NCBI RefSeq assembly: GCF_963853765.1
Contig: NC_088854.1
Span: forward strand, 8,680,001 to 8,744,000
Origin: Magallana gigas
Taxonomy: Eukaryota
Direction: 5' to 3'
Length of the DNA: 64,000 nt
Shown: piece by piece, positions 11,972 to 25,216 of the stretch
How the letters are laid out: every line of letters starts with the position of its first letter
Numbering within the stretch: the stretch's first letter is position 1
Notes under the pieces: generated by a model
Databases searched by the model: none
What the model was told of the DNA's origin: nothing
Seen by the model: only the letters and a program-made list of their open reading frames with translations
Position numbers and translations under genes: made by a program

Positions 11972-14728
11972 TGGCTCAGGTGAGCTAAAAAAGTAATTGT
12001 TGTTTACTCTTTTAAATTAAGCAAATATATAGTTTAGAACAGATTAATTTTACCTTCAGTACTACAAGGTGCGTTATAAACACTCAGGTCGTCAACATAC
12101 ACGTACTGATTCAGATGGTCAGCCTCAAACACAATCTGCAAATCAAAGTAATTAATTTCAATTCCCTGCTTTTAGTGCTAAATCCATCAAGAATTGTCCA
12201 CAAATNNNNNNNNNNNNNNNNNNNNNNNNNNNNNNNNNNNNNNNNNNNNNNNNNNNNNNNNNNNNNNNNNNNNNNNNNNNNNNNNNNNNNNNNNNNNNNN
12301 NNNNNNNNNNNNNNNNNNNNNNNNNNNNNNNNNNNNNNNNNCCCTCTATTTCTCACGGATTTTTTCAGAAAATGCATCAGGAATAACTTTTCCAATATAT
12401 ATTAAACCATTATTTTCTGTATTTGAGAAAATATTTTAAATAATTATTTTCGCGGTTGTTTCGTACTACCTTGAGTAGTCTTTAGATAGCTATAAGGTTT
12501 TTAAATCATATATGTATAACGAGGCCGAGTCTAATCATTTGTACCTTAGATATTTTGATGATCTTGCGTGTAGATTTATTACTCTATCAATTATTTTAAG
12601 ATAGAAAATAATATGTTAACCACCCCGATTTCCTATGGGTCTCAAATGCGTCTCAAAAGTTCACATATTTTTTTACTATCGGGACCTTTTAAACTTCAAT
12701 GAAAACGCACTAAATTTTCGTATTTCCCCCATATTTTTGTATTTTTGTCTCTCACATATATGAAAACTATTGTAAAAAGTCCCCAAATGGTAATTTTTTT
12801 AATGTTTTCCTCGTGGTTTGGTCAAGAGATGATATCAAAGTTGATTTTTTTCTCTCCAAAACGTTTGGACATTGAAGTATAATTGGCATATGAATTAATT
12901 ATTAACAAAATTCTAGGAACTCTTTAAAATTGCTATTATGTTTCTCTTAATTATGCAGATAAGATTACGCGTAAGCACCATTTTAGCATTTCATCCTATC
13001 AAATTCATAAAACAATTTTCCAACTAATAAACTTTACATATAATGTTAATTTTGTACAAAATTACAACTCAAAAGAAAGTTTATAACTTTTGAGCTACTG
13101 CCTCATGAAAATAAAAAGATGCGCAAAGCCCCGCGCTTTCATAATGTACTCGGCCTCGTCAAAATAATCTGGATAGTACAACATAACAAAAAGACCAAAA
13201 CAAAGAGTTATTTTTAAGTTGGAAGGATTTTGCAGAAAAAAATGAAAATAATAAATGGCTTAGATTTTCAATCCTGTTGTATATTTTCATGTATGTATAT
13301 AGGTGTTATGGTTTGCAATGGGAGAAAAAACATCCCTACATCAAGACGATCTTTTAAGAAGACTTTATCGTACTCACTTGGAATGGCCTTCTAAGATATT
13401 CCGGGTCGGGAGTTATTTCAGCGAGTGTCCAGTCATGCGCAGGAATATTTGTCACCGTGAAGACCGGGTAACCCCTCTGATTACCCTCCTACAAGGAAAC
13501 AGATTTTTAAAAAATGTATTTAATTCAAAAATTTTACTAGTGAACAGCTCATGAGCAAATTAAATACGACTTATTGACTACCTGCAAATAAACACTAAAT
13601 TTTCCAGCAGTGTTCTGATTACTTTCTGCTTTGTAGAAAAATCGTATGCAATACGCATGTGCAGGATTAAAAGGTCTAGACGTAACACGCATTACATAAC
13701 TAGGATGTTGAGACCTTAAACTGTGTCCTGTAATAAAAAGAAGGCGTTATAAACATATACTCAGAATGCAAAATTAATATAAAATGAACATGTCAAATTT
13801 AAAATCATGTAAAATTTGATAATATTTCAGGTGTTTGAGTTAATAAATTGGCTCACCCAGTTTTGAGCCTAAGGTATGGTCAGGGAGTGCGTTGTCTAGC
13901 AACCAATTATATTGGTCGTCGGTGTTTTGAGTAAAATTGCACATATGGACCCCATCCTCGAAATCACAGTGCGTTAAATTGTACGAGTACATGTTGCTGG
14001 CAGCTTGCAGATAAACAAACACATTTAGGTAAACATTCATATTATTTTTTAAAAATCACAAACAGACGCACATGTACACAAGGATACACATTCATAATAT
14101 TCATTTAGGATCTCTCATGATTTGCGATGTTAAAGGATTTTTATCCAACAAGTTGTGTGTTTTTGACGTTAGTCTTACTATGACGTAGGCAATATTCTTT
14201 ATACAATATAAAATAATTTTTAAGCCAATCAGAAACCGCGTTACAACCAGAATAAAATTATTGTAAAATAATGCGAGAAAAATAATCATGCATTATATAC
14301 TCGTGTGGGATCGTAAAATTCCACCTCGGGGCCAAGACTCACGGTCTAGGACTCGACAGAGCCTCTTCCTCGACCGTGAATCTTGTCCCCTCCTCGGAAT
14401 TTCACTATCCCACACTCGTAATAATGAATGATTCTATTAATCCCATGAGTGATATCCACCGTATATTGAGATAAACATGTGATAAATTTTATTCTTTTAT
14501 AATCAAGCGCCTACCATTAGCTCCAAGATCGCCACAATTACTTTCGATCGTGTTGTCGAGTTGGACTTTAAGCGTCTGTACCAAAGCAGCAAGTTCCTCG
14601 GCCTTGTTGCGGACATCGTTGTACGTGGTCTGAAATGTATGCATTGCCAGACACTGTTGTTCGTTCGCCAGACCCAATCCCATGCAGCTTAGGCCGCACA
14701 GCAGGGACAGAAAATGTATATAACGCAT
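8940..14728 (-). CDS. Secreted coiled-coil + MAM domain + C-type lectin protein, copy A, 7 exons (about 410 aa)
   Basis: Exons approx 14515-14728, 13858-14004, 13582-13728, 13373-13488, 12057-12138, 9398-9602, 8940-9235 join in phase. Signal peptide MRYIHFLSLLCGLSCMGLGLA; MAM motifs CDFEDG, PDHTLGSKLG, IVFEA..YVDDLSV..PC; CTLD motifs TCYVFH, LWTNG, WHPGQPNN..NC, WGDVSC..KHAFICE. Confidence 0.88.
9652..11992 (+). mobile_element. Helentron-like non-autonomous element (HINE) carrying a Cg170-type 166-bp satellite array, inside an intron of MAM-CTL copy A
   Basis: Starts acaagaggccc..ggccacatcgctcacctgag, contains about 12 tandem 166-bp monomers (about 9730-11750) and an acg/aca microsatellite, and ends gctcacttgagcc..ggctcaggtgagctaaaa (subterminal inverted repeat plus 3' hairpin). 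This is the known architecture of oyster HINEs. Confidence 0.85.
12206..12341. other. Assembly gap (run of N) in an intron of MAM-CTL copy A
   Basis: 136 consecutive N. Confidence 1.
14300..14420. repeat. Imperfect hairpin element
   Basis: gtgtgggatcgtaaaattcc...aagactcacggtc / gaccgtgaatctt...ggaatttcactatcccacac are inverted arms. Confidence 0.65.
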
Positions 14729-15199
14729 TTTTTACTTGGTCCAGACCAAGTTTGATATTTCGGTAAAACTTTTTTACAACAATGATTGTTACCTCGTCTA
14801 GAGACTTTTCAAAAATGAAAAAATGGCGTTCGTTGCAAATTAAAATAAAAAGATGTTTATCTTTCGGGGAGGTGTTCGAGGTGATTGACAACTATTCTTC
14901 TTAACATCTAAAATATTCCATATCAGTTTGCAAAGAAAAAATGTCATTTTCCTGCAAAACAAGAATACCGTGCACGATATAGACATGATACTAGGTGTCA
15001 AGTTAAAGACTTATGCATCTCATTGTTTACACATGCAATATAAATTACCACAAATCTGTAATGTTGCGCTATGCTAACAGTTCCCATTGTGGAATAACTA
15101 GTACATACCGATATATTTATCTTAAGGGTTGATAATCTGGTATATATCAAGCTAGGCGACGATTAAATATCTCTGCCCCTTGTGTGCAAGTTATTTTTC

Positions 15200-15295
15200 T
15201 ATCAAATATGTCGACATGCAAGATAAATATGTTGACATGCAAGATAATTATGTCAACATGCAACATAATTATGTTGACATGCAAGAAAATTGCAA
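15200..15295. repeat. Short array of about 21-bp palindrome-like units (ttgacatgcaagataattatgtc)
   Basis: Four to five degenerate copies visible. Confidence 0.7.
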
Positions 15296-16141
15296 TCAAA
15301 TAATTTTTAAATTTTTAAACTTTTAATTTTTTTTAGAATTTGTTCGTAATGAATTAGGCTAATTGCGTGCGTTTAGAAGTCCGTGCAATCTTAATGCATC
15401 GAAACCTTTTATGAATCAGTCTTCGCTGATCATTGGCAAGACACGATGTACTGCATTATTGGTGATTAAATCTAGTCAACATGGTCATCTGCATATAATC
15501 CGAGTAATATTTGATTCTAGCATTACAAAATTATTGAGGCTATAATGAGTAATAAACAACACAACTTTGTTGGTTTTTGATAGTGTTATACCAAGCACTC
15601 TCTTGTTAGTTAAAATATCTGATATTTGCCATGACATTAAACGGTACAACATTTATTAGGAGGTAAGAGTATACAGTTGAACCATTGAGGGAGTCAGCAA
15701 GATTCCAGTTCCCCGAGAGTTAGTCTATTTCCCGAGGCGAAGCTGAGGTAAATAGGCTTGCTTGACCTTTTAGCTGTTTTATTAAAACAATACAAACAAT
15801 TAATCCGGAAAAGTTCAAATTAAAAGAATTCTTCGTATATATAACAAGTTATAAAGTCAAAGTAAATGAAATCAAATTGCACGCGCGCCGTATTTTGACG
15901 TAGAAAATTTATATCATAGGATAAAGATGAATAATAGCCAATCAAAAAAGGATGTTGCAACTAGAATTTAATATCATATGGCTATGAATATTTATGATTT
16001 TATTCGGAATAATTCGGAACTTCTCCTTTCACTCGTTTATCGAACTGACAAATCTTTTTGCAGGGAATCATTCTGTTTTGCAGGGAATCAATTTGTTTAC
16101 GGAGATTTCCAGGAAATCAGCGAAATATATGGAATTTCTCT

Positions 16142-16364
16142 TACTGGAAACCAACTTTTATTCGCGTACAAGGAATTTTCGCGAGGTAAGCAAGAGCCTT
16201 GTCGTCGCGAATATTTCTCGCCGCGAACCAATCCTTTGTCTAATGTTTTAATAACAATATTCAGCCTGAATAAGGCTTGGTCGCGAACATTAGTCGTCGT
16301 GAACTAGTTAATCGGCAGTTCATCGCGAAATGAAGTCGCCGGGAATAAAAATTGGTTTACAGTA
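16142..16364. mobile_element. MITE-like element with tactg(t/g)aaaccaa terminal inverted repeats
   Basis: Left end tactggaaaccaa, right end ttggtttacagta. Confidence 0.6.
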
Positions 16365-16526
16365 TATAGAGAAAAATAAGTAGATGTATAATAAAATAAC
16401 GCCAAAATAATCAATAAGATAATAGTTATTCCTTGATTGATTTATCATTTTATTGAAAATTGTTAATTAGTAAAATACACCAGCTCGCATTTGTCTATCA
16501 GTAATCGACAATCCAACCCATTATTT

Positions 16527-19326
16527 TCACTTGTTTACAGTAGTTTTGTTCCTGTATACGTGAACCTCCACAACGGCGTACATCGCCGAACCAACGACCA
16601 GGAGAACAATAACAAGCAACAACTTGACTTTGACGCATACGTATAAACTGATGACGAAGTACACAGTAAAACTAGCAGCCTTCGTGCAGTGGTAGTTGGC
16701 AAAGGCTGCTTCCGTCCTCTCTGGGAACAGTAACGCTATCAATGCTGTAAATATTCCAATAAAATTACACCTCAGTTTATTTTATTCTTTTTTGTCATTA
16801 ATTTCAAACACGTTTACATAAAAATATATATAACCCCGAGTACCCAAACTCCGTCACCATAAGCAGAAAACCTCCCGCGTTTCTATGTAAATTATTTTTT
16901 GTGGTTTTTATCATTTGCAATCACTAAATATAATCTGAAACAATATAATTTATAAAATTATTACCAAAATATTTTTTATTTTTATTCAAATAAGCCCTCT
17001 GAATACGACGCTTATCACACGTGCTATCATAACTTATGAACCTAACTCCGTCACCCACATGCTCTATGATATGGCAGGGAATGAAGACACATTAACAATT
17101 TAGTTAAAACTCCATTTGTATCTAGGCCAAGTTATAGTAAGTAAAAATGGTGCATACAATTTAAATTGTATTTAATTTCATCGAAATGAAATGATCGCCC
17201 GATTAAAGAATGGGTCCATGTAACAACAATCACAATGGCCTTTTCAGAATGTATGGATGCCGTTTGATTTATGTCCTTACATATTTAAAATATTTTATAT
17301 CATTAATTAATTAATTACTTATTATATTATTTATTTATTACATTTTTAGAAATGTAGCATATTCTAAATAGCGATAAACCGGATATATCTATACCCTGTA
17401 TAAGGCAAAAGTATCGGCATGAGCGATTTGACGTTATCATCAAGAGTAGTGCATAAAGGCTATTGCGGACTGAAAAAAATGTATTAATTACCTTAATCAA
17501 AAATGTATTACATGTTAAATGTTTCATCTTGACCTCTCTAAAAATGGCTGACCACCGTAAATGATCGAATGGGCCCGCATGTCAGAAATATCGATATTTT
17601 AGTGCACCCGTGAAAAAGTGTTAGCCGATTTCCCACAATTAATGGTGCATAAAATGAACAAGGTTTAATTCTGTTATTTTTTGACACATTCTTAACTTTA
17701 ACCGTTGCAAATTGTTGACATTTGATTAAAGATTTTTGACATGTAAAAAATGACGTCATAATCGCACTTGATTTCAAACGGCGAGGAGTTTCCCGAAAGT
17801 GACGGAGTTTGGGTAGTGACGGAGTTAGGGGGCTATGCGATATAAAGTGTATATAAAACGGCATTTTCCTTTGAGAAAAAGAGAAAATGAAAATTTCACC
17901 TACCATTTGATTGAGTCTGCCAGATACCTTCTCCTAGGCCCCACATAACAGCCATAGCGAATACATATGCTTTTTGGTTTTCCGTAGGAACCCATACGTA
18001 TAAAAGGATAAAAATTGCCAAATTGACAGCTGCCGCGAAGGAAAAGAGAATATAACGCCCCGTGTATTTAGCTATCCGTGACGTCACTAAGGCACTGATG
18101 GTGGTGGCACATCCATAACTGGCCATAACAAAACCTACCATCTGTATTCCAAAGATGCAACTTATGTATGACTGAAAAGAGAATTAAGAGACTCTAGATT
18201 ATTTACGTTCATCAACATTTTTACTATTGCAGTATCAGTATGTCAGTCATATAAAAATATTGGAAAGTTTAAAAGGTTAAATCTATGGATTATTTTCTTT
18301 ACAGTATCATTGTTTAGAGCTTAACAATTCATATCTTAAAATTTTAGGAAGATTTTGATGGTTAATTTGTTGAACATCCAGTCTCCTTAAAGCAATGTAA
18401 CGAAATACATGTAGGCCTACAGTTAATTTAATGTTTTGTAACATTGAAGCACAAACCTTTGTGAAATCAGTCCACAATACGGCTTGTTCCATTGCCATAA
18501 TTGAAATAAAGGGTAAAAGAAAAGCAAGTTTTGGATCCCGCAAAGCGGAGAAACAGGCTGTAAATGATTCTTTTTTGTTCGATTGTTCTGCCCATTCACT
18601 TTTAGGAATTGAGGGCAAAAAGGCGGCAGTGCAAAGAAATCCAAGCACATCAAAGGCCAAGAAGATCGACAACATTAGGTAGACTGTTGGCGCCGCAGGC
18701 TCCACGATTTTGCTCGTCTCGTTACCGGAAGTGGTTATGGGACAGTCATTGCAACCGCATGTTGACGTAATAACTGACGTCATATTATATTCATCCTTGT
18801 TTAAAACAAAGGATGAAACTAAATTTCCTGTTATCTGTGTTAGTTCATAAAAGGTGAAGAAAATTCCATTTAAACGACTGAGAGTGGCATGCGTATCGGC
18901 TCTATTTAGCTCGGAAGCCGAATATGCATTGTTAGATATAAACACACTCTGAGAAGTCCATAATGGACCAGATATCAATCCAAGTAGAATAGATGTCGGT
19001 ATCAAGGTTGCAAAGGTTGGATAGAAGTTGCTGCACGTGTACAGAATATGTGATACCCAGGAAATAAGCAGAGAAATCTTAATTCCAAGCGTCTTTATGA
19101 TCCAGGGAGCTAAGATGGCGGATACAATGATGAATGCATAGAGACATGACAGCGATATTACTCCTAGTCCGTCCTCTTGGTTCAAACTACTCTGGAGGTT
19201 TTGTAAAGCAAGATAGGCAGTAAACACAGCGAAAAAGCTCAGGGAAATGATCACAACATTCCAGGTTTCTCGTCCACTTATTCCAACTTCTTTCTCGGTA
19301 GTTTTACACCCAAAACAGATCTTCAT
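16527..19326 (-). CDS. UNC93A: UNC-93-like protein A, copy B, 3 exons
   Basis: Exons approx 18459-19326, 17902-18172, 16527-16746. Same intron positions and motifs as copy A, with a shorter C-terminal tail (YRNKTTVNK*). Confidence 0.9.
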
Positions 19327-20531
19327 CGTAAACTTTGTGGTTGCTAGCTGGACTTCTGTGGCGATGCTACAATATGATGGTGTGATAGGTGATAGTTTAA
19401 CACCTAAAGCAAATTCCCATGATGACCTTCGGACAATAATACTCCACGCTTGTTTATTTTAATCTTAATTTTGTGAGCGTCCCGGATCCACTAGACAACA
19501 ATGATAAATTGGACATTCTTGGATTTCTACCCAACCCTACCACTTGTTCATACAATATCGTTTTCATCTCAACGAATATTGCTAGGCACCTGTAAGGGTT
19601 CATGTGCGTTCAGTAAGTAGGACAAGACATGTAGCTGAAATAATTCATCTAAATATCTTTAAGATCAGTATCTGGCCGATGTCAGCAGTTTTAAATCAAG
19701 GTAGAATCAACCCTAATTATGTAACATTCATCGTATTCGATGATTTGTAGATTTGCTAAGAACTGCGGATAATAACGGTGAACATTTCTTTAAGGAAGTC
19801 TACTCATAATGATTATTTTTCATATCTAATAGATTGCAAGTTTAATCGCTAAACTATAAGTGTGATTTTAATAGGTTTATTTGATAGTAAGATTTATCTT
19901 AAACATTTCGAACATTAACAAAGTTAACATTGACATCTATAGGAACACACATTTTTACTACAAGCAATTTTCTCACAAAGGACTATATAAGAATTAACAC
20001 AAAATCCTACTGTAGTTAATTCTAGTTTATCAATCATGAGCTTACAATAAGAATATTATGATTGTTTTATATCAATAAAGTGCAAAGGAAATCAGTTGTA
20101 AACACTATTTTTTTTTTTTTTGAAAAGGAGAAACTTGTTTCGCCATTTCGGCATTCTTGACGCAGATCGCTTATACGCTTTCATTAAAAACCATGTATCA
20201 GAATGGTGTGATGACCTTGGTTTGCAAAGATTTCGCTGTCGCGTATTGTGATTTACCCTGTCAACAGTATTAAATCAGAACGTCTGGCTGTCAGCATTGA
20301 TATACTTTATTATTTATAAATAATTACAATGTAATTGTACTATGATTCTCATCATAAATATCACAAGAGTTAGTTCTAGTTTACCAATCATGAGCTTACA
20401 ATAAGAATATTATGAATATTGTTTTATATCAATAAAGTGCAAAGGAAATCAGTTGTAAACACTAATTTTTTTTTGGAAAAGGAATAACTCGTTTCGTCAT
20501 TTCGGAATTCTTGACTCAGATCTAAGTACGC

Positions 20532-23453
20532 CTATCCGATTATGGTTCCAATGTTTTGACTGGCAAGAGTCTGTACTTTCGGGTCAAAGTTCATCTCGCA
20601 GATGAACGAATGCTTCTCGGAGCACGACACATCCCCCCACTCATAGTCGTACTTTGGGTACTCGATGACCAGACAGTCCTGGACGCCCGCAATGTTGTTG
20701 GGCTGCCCGGGGTGCCAGTGGGTGTAGTTTAGGGGGACGGGGTGAGCCTGACCACTCCACGTGAAAGAGTTCTCGTGGTCAAAGTCGTTCCCGTTTGTCC
20801 ACAGTCCGAAGTCGGCGGCAAGAGACATGGCTGAAAGGTACCGATATTGCTAGGTTATACATGTACAATGCCGATATTGCTAGGTTATACATGTACAGTG
20901 CCGATATTGCTAGGTTATACATGTACAGTGCCGATATTGCTAGGTTATACATGTACAGTGCCGATATTGCTAGGTTATACATGTACAGTGCCGATATTGC
21001 TAGGTTATACATGTACAGTATATACATTTCCCTACAGTATATGTCATATTTGCAACTCGCGAATCAATATTTGACATCAGTTATTTGCGAAATAAAGAAT
21101 TGTCTTATAAAAGCGGATTAAAATGTTCGCTTTTAATACATATTGTACAAGTATTTATCACATGTAGTACTTCTATGATATTTTACATTCATGTAAAAGT
21201 GCATGTCGTAAATACGTTTTTGTTGCGTATCTATAGTAAAAAAAAATTGCCTGTAATTTACAACGTGATTTTATAAAAAGCAAACTTAATTACCATGTGA
21301 AGTGTTGATCATGTTTGAGATGAACGCTTGTTCGGCAGCAGTTTCTATGGCTACTAGGCTCGCCTGGGGCCAGATGGCTTTACACGCTTTCATGGCGTCT
21401 ATGTAAGTTTTTGGCTCCATGTGGAACACGTAACACGTGATCTGTCCACCGATGTTGTTCTCCACTGACCCGGGGGGACACCGCGGAACTCGGATGCCTT
21501 CGCGTAAAAAAATTAATGAATATGTATGTAATTTTAACGATTTTAGACATTTCAAACATTCGTCAACCTAATTGGCTACTACTAGTATTGTGTTAAATTG
21601 TTTGAAGAATAACATTTTCTTCCTACCTTCTGTACTACAAGGTGCGTTGTAAACACTCAGGTCGTCGACATATACGTACTGATTCAGATGGTCAGCTTCA
21701 AACACAATCTATGAATCAAAGCCCATGCACACACTAAGATGTGTCAGTTTAAAGAAAAAAACAAGTGCATATATATTCTTTATTGATGGTTATCTTTGTA
21801 TTTACAAAATAAATTCGCGTTTTTGTTTACTTGTTGGAACATCACCAATAATTACCAATACCCCATTTTAGTTCCTCATTTACAGTAAATTTATTATTAC
21901 ATGACATATGGTGGAATCTCCCTTAAATGTAATCCAATGTTCAGGACAATTTCAAAGAAGCAAAACATTCATTATAATATAGTAGGCATTAACTGGCTTA
22001 ATCTTAGACATAACCATTAATAGTTATGCTTGGCTCAAAGTTTTTTTTTCTTTCGAATGTTCACAGGTTGTTCGACGGGGTCGCGTTAGGGATCGGACCT
22101 CGTATCCTATAACTGTACAATGGTCGAAAAATGCCATAAAACGTTAATATAACATATACTAGTATCTTCAAGAATTCCCTGTACTCACTTGAAATGGTCT
22201 TCTAAGATACTCTGGGTCAGGGGTAATCTCAGCAAGTGTCCAGTCGTGCGCAGGGATATTAGTAACCGAGAAGACCGGGTTACCCCTCAGATTTCCCTCC
22301 TACGGATGAAATAAAGTCCAATTAAAATTGTCCTAATTAGAAGTTCCTTGTTTCATGTTGTTGTCCAATATCGGTACATTTGTTACTTTTTTCAGTTTTT
22401 TTCGTCAATAATATCTTACCGTTTGTCTATTTGGCTTACTTTAGCATACTTGCTTAACCATCAATATCAAAGTCGCTATATTCTGTTTGCATACGAAAAT
22501 GTTTGAAATTGTAAAAATAAATGGTATTCCTCAATGTCTTAAAATTGTCAAATTGTACGCCCGCTCATAACTCGATTTTATATCATGATAAATTGTCTTT
22601 CATTTAAACTTAATATGGCATTACTTGCAGATAAACATTTAGCTTTCCAGCAGTATTCTGGCGAGTTTCTGCTTTGTAAAAGAACCGGATACAATAAGCA
22701 TGTGCAGGATTAAAAGGTCTTGATGTCACGCGCATTATGTAACTTCCGGGTCTGTAATTTCTTAAACTGTGACCTGAAATAAAAAATATATAAGAAATAT
22801 AATATATAATAAAATATAAAAAATAAAAAAAAAAACTATTTCTCACACAAACAGATTGAAAGGGGTTTTTTTCACAGTGGAAATTTTTTGTGACGATCCA
22901 TTAATTGTTCACCCATTTTGGAGCCCAAGGTGTGATCAGGGTAGGTGTTGTCTATCTGCCAGTCATAAGTATCGTCCCTGTTCTGGGTGAAGCCGCACAT
23001 CAGGCTGCCATCCTCGAAATCGCAATGTGTTAAATTGAACGAGTACAGGTTGCTGGCAGCTTTCATATAGGAAAAACAGAATGTAAGTTTATTTCACTCT
23101 TATATGTAACAACAAAAGACAAATGTATAAGCTGCATGCAGAAAGGTATTATTTTATTTCACTCTTTTAGAATACCAACAGAAGACCAAAGGACTATAAA
23201 CTGTGCTTGATAATTTTAGCGAGAAATTAGACCGCTCACCGTTAAGTCCTACATCGCCACAGTTCTGCTCGATCGTGGTGTCGAGTTGTGCCTTCAGCTT
23301 CTGTACCAGTGCCGCCATTTCATCAGCCTTGTTGCGGATATCGTTGTACGTGGTCTGAAATGTATGCATTGCCAAACACTGCTGCTCGTTCGCCAGACCT
23401 ACGCCCAGGCAACTTAAGCCGCACAGCAGGGACAGAACCCGTATAAAACGCAT
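20532..23453 (-). CDS. Secreted coiled-coil + MAM domain + C-type lectin protein, copy B, 7 exons
   Basis: Exons approx 23240-23453, 22913-23059, 22627-22773, 22191-22301, 21627-21708, 21294-21499, 20532-20830. Exon structure is identical to copy A; CTLD carries GQPNN and WGD. Confidence 0.88.
20841..21020. repeat. 30-bp minisatellite x6 (tgccgatattgctaggttatacatgtacag) abutting the last splice acceptor of MAM-CTL copy B
   Basis: Six nearly identical head-to-tail copies with no spacers. Confidence 0.95.
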
Positions 23454-25216
23454 TTTTACTTGGTCCAAATAGTTAGTTACCTCAGCAAAAGTCTTTTCAA
23501 AATGAAGAAAATTGAAGCAGTTTGAAATTCTGTCACTGACCAAATTTCTAAAGTTCTAGGAGGGACGATAACTGTTCAAGTAAAATAACGATCAGCTCTA
23601 AGAATATTTCGTATCATTTTCTCAAGTCGCATTACGATTCGATATTGAAGTTTTGTCTCATAAATGTGCCAAATAAAGGGTGTGTAAATAACAGAATATC
23701 GCATTTATTATTTACATACACAATATAAATTGTCTCTTATCTGCAATATAGCGTTGTATTAAAGCAAATTGGATGCAAGATCTTTAAAGGTGGTACATTA
23801 CGATATCTCCATCGTAAATTTTTGTAACGTTCGATTTCCTTTTGAACTAAAGCTACAGTAATTTTGATTTACTACATGAAAAGGTTTTTCACAGAGAAAA
23901 ATATTCGTTATATGCCCAATACATTATACTTTGTACATGTCTATGTAATAATTTCTATTAAATAAAGCGATGATTTTAATGTGTATTCCTTCTGAGTTCT
24001 CATTTTATTTCCTGGTAACAACATTTTTAAAATTCATGAAGTTGCAATCACGTTTTCTCTGGCATTCCAAAAGAGCTTTCCCCCCGAAGTGTTGGTGATT
24101 GTTCATTAGAATAGTCTTCATTGTCTTAAGATAAACAAGACTTAATATTGTCTTGAGCGACTCGAACACGTCGTACAAGCTACTGACTTTGTCACATCTG
24201 AAGCCTTATTGAGATAACGCATTTACAGATTTAGATACAGCAATCATCCCTACTAGTTTGACGTGCTTGAGAAGTATGCCATCTTCTTTGATTTGAACAT
24301 ATTTTATTGTGTAAATAACACAAAAGGATTGGAAACAAGTTCTTGCAACTTACAAGTTCCTCTCCTAATGATAATACATACAATATATACAATTGTCATA
24401 GTACATAGTCTTTTAGTTTCACATTCTCATTTATCCAGAAATGCTGATTAAATGCATCTAATAAAGATATCTGGGTAAATTTGTTCAAAATTTCAAAGAT
24501 GTATTATTATCGAGTCCTCAATTAAATAAGTGCCTATTTTCATCAAATCAAAATTCTAAACACAGTCATCATTTTGAAATGATTTATTAAAAATTACATT
24601 ATATATATTTATCATAAAAAATATGGTTGATTAAATTATATACATGATTTCACAGAGGTACAAAAGTAATGAACTATTTACAAATGAATGAGGTGGAATG
24701 GTCTGTGATACATAGTGTACACAATCCACAGCTGTGGTAAGTCTTGGTTAAAGAGTTCTTGGTAGAAACAATGATTACATCCATGTCCATATACACATGT
24801 CCATCAACAAAAAGATGATGGTTTCTGATATACATTATTTATGAATGAAACGATTATATGGAATATGATGCATGTATTTTTATTTTGGTAAACTTTGTCA
24901 CAGGTGTATTAAACAAATGGATGTAAACATCTCAAGATGATGGTCTCCACACAACAGTTTTGAGGGAAAACTGGTCTTACTATCTAAAATATCTTCTTTT
25001 CAGAATTCCTGAATTTTCCCTAACAACAATCCATATAATTACATTTAATTTTCTTTTTGGATATAAAATAACATAATACAAACATGGATTTAAAAATTTA
25101 GTAATCATAGTGAAATGCTGAGATTTCTATTTTTAGAGTAGTACATTGCTTGGTATAGATGGCACATGGAGGATAAATGTACTGTCAGTGTGTGTGTCAG
25201 CTAATGACCTTTGACC

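Noticed and set aside
16830-17835. Inverted actccgtcac motifs in UNC93A copy B intron 2
   Set aside because: Probably decayed transposon ends, but termini and target duplication could not be defined.
20779-21121. 30-bp repeats resembling a CRISPR array, with repetitive ORFs in several frames
   Set aside because: Units are head-to-tail with no spacers, lie in a spliceosomal intron and have no cas genes nearby; the ORFs are by-products of the repeat.
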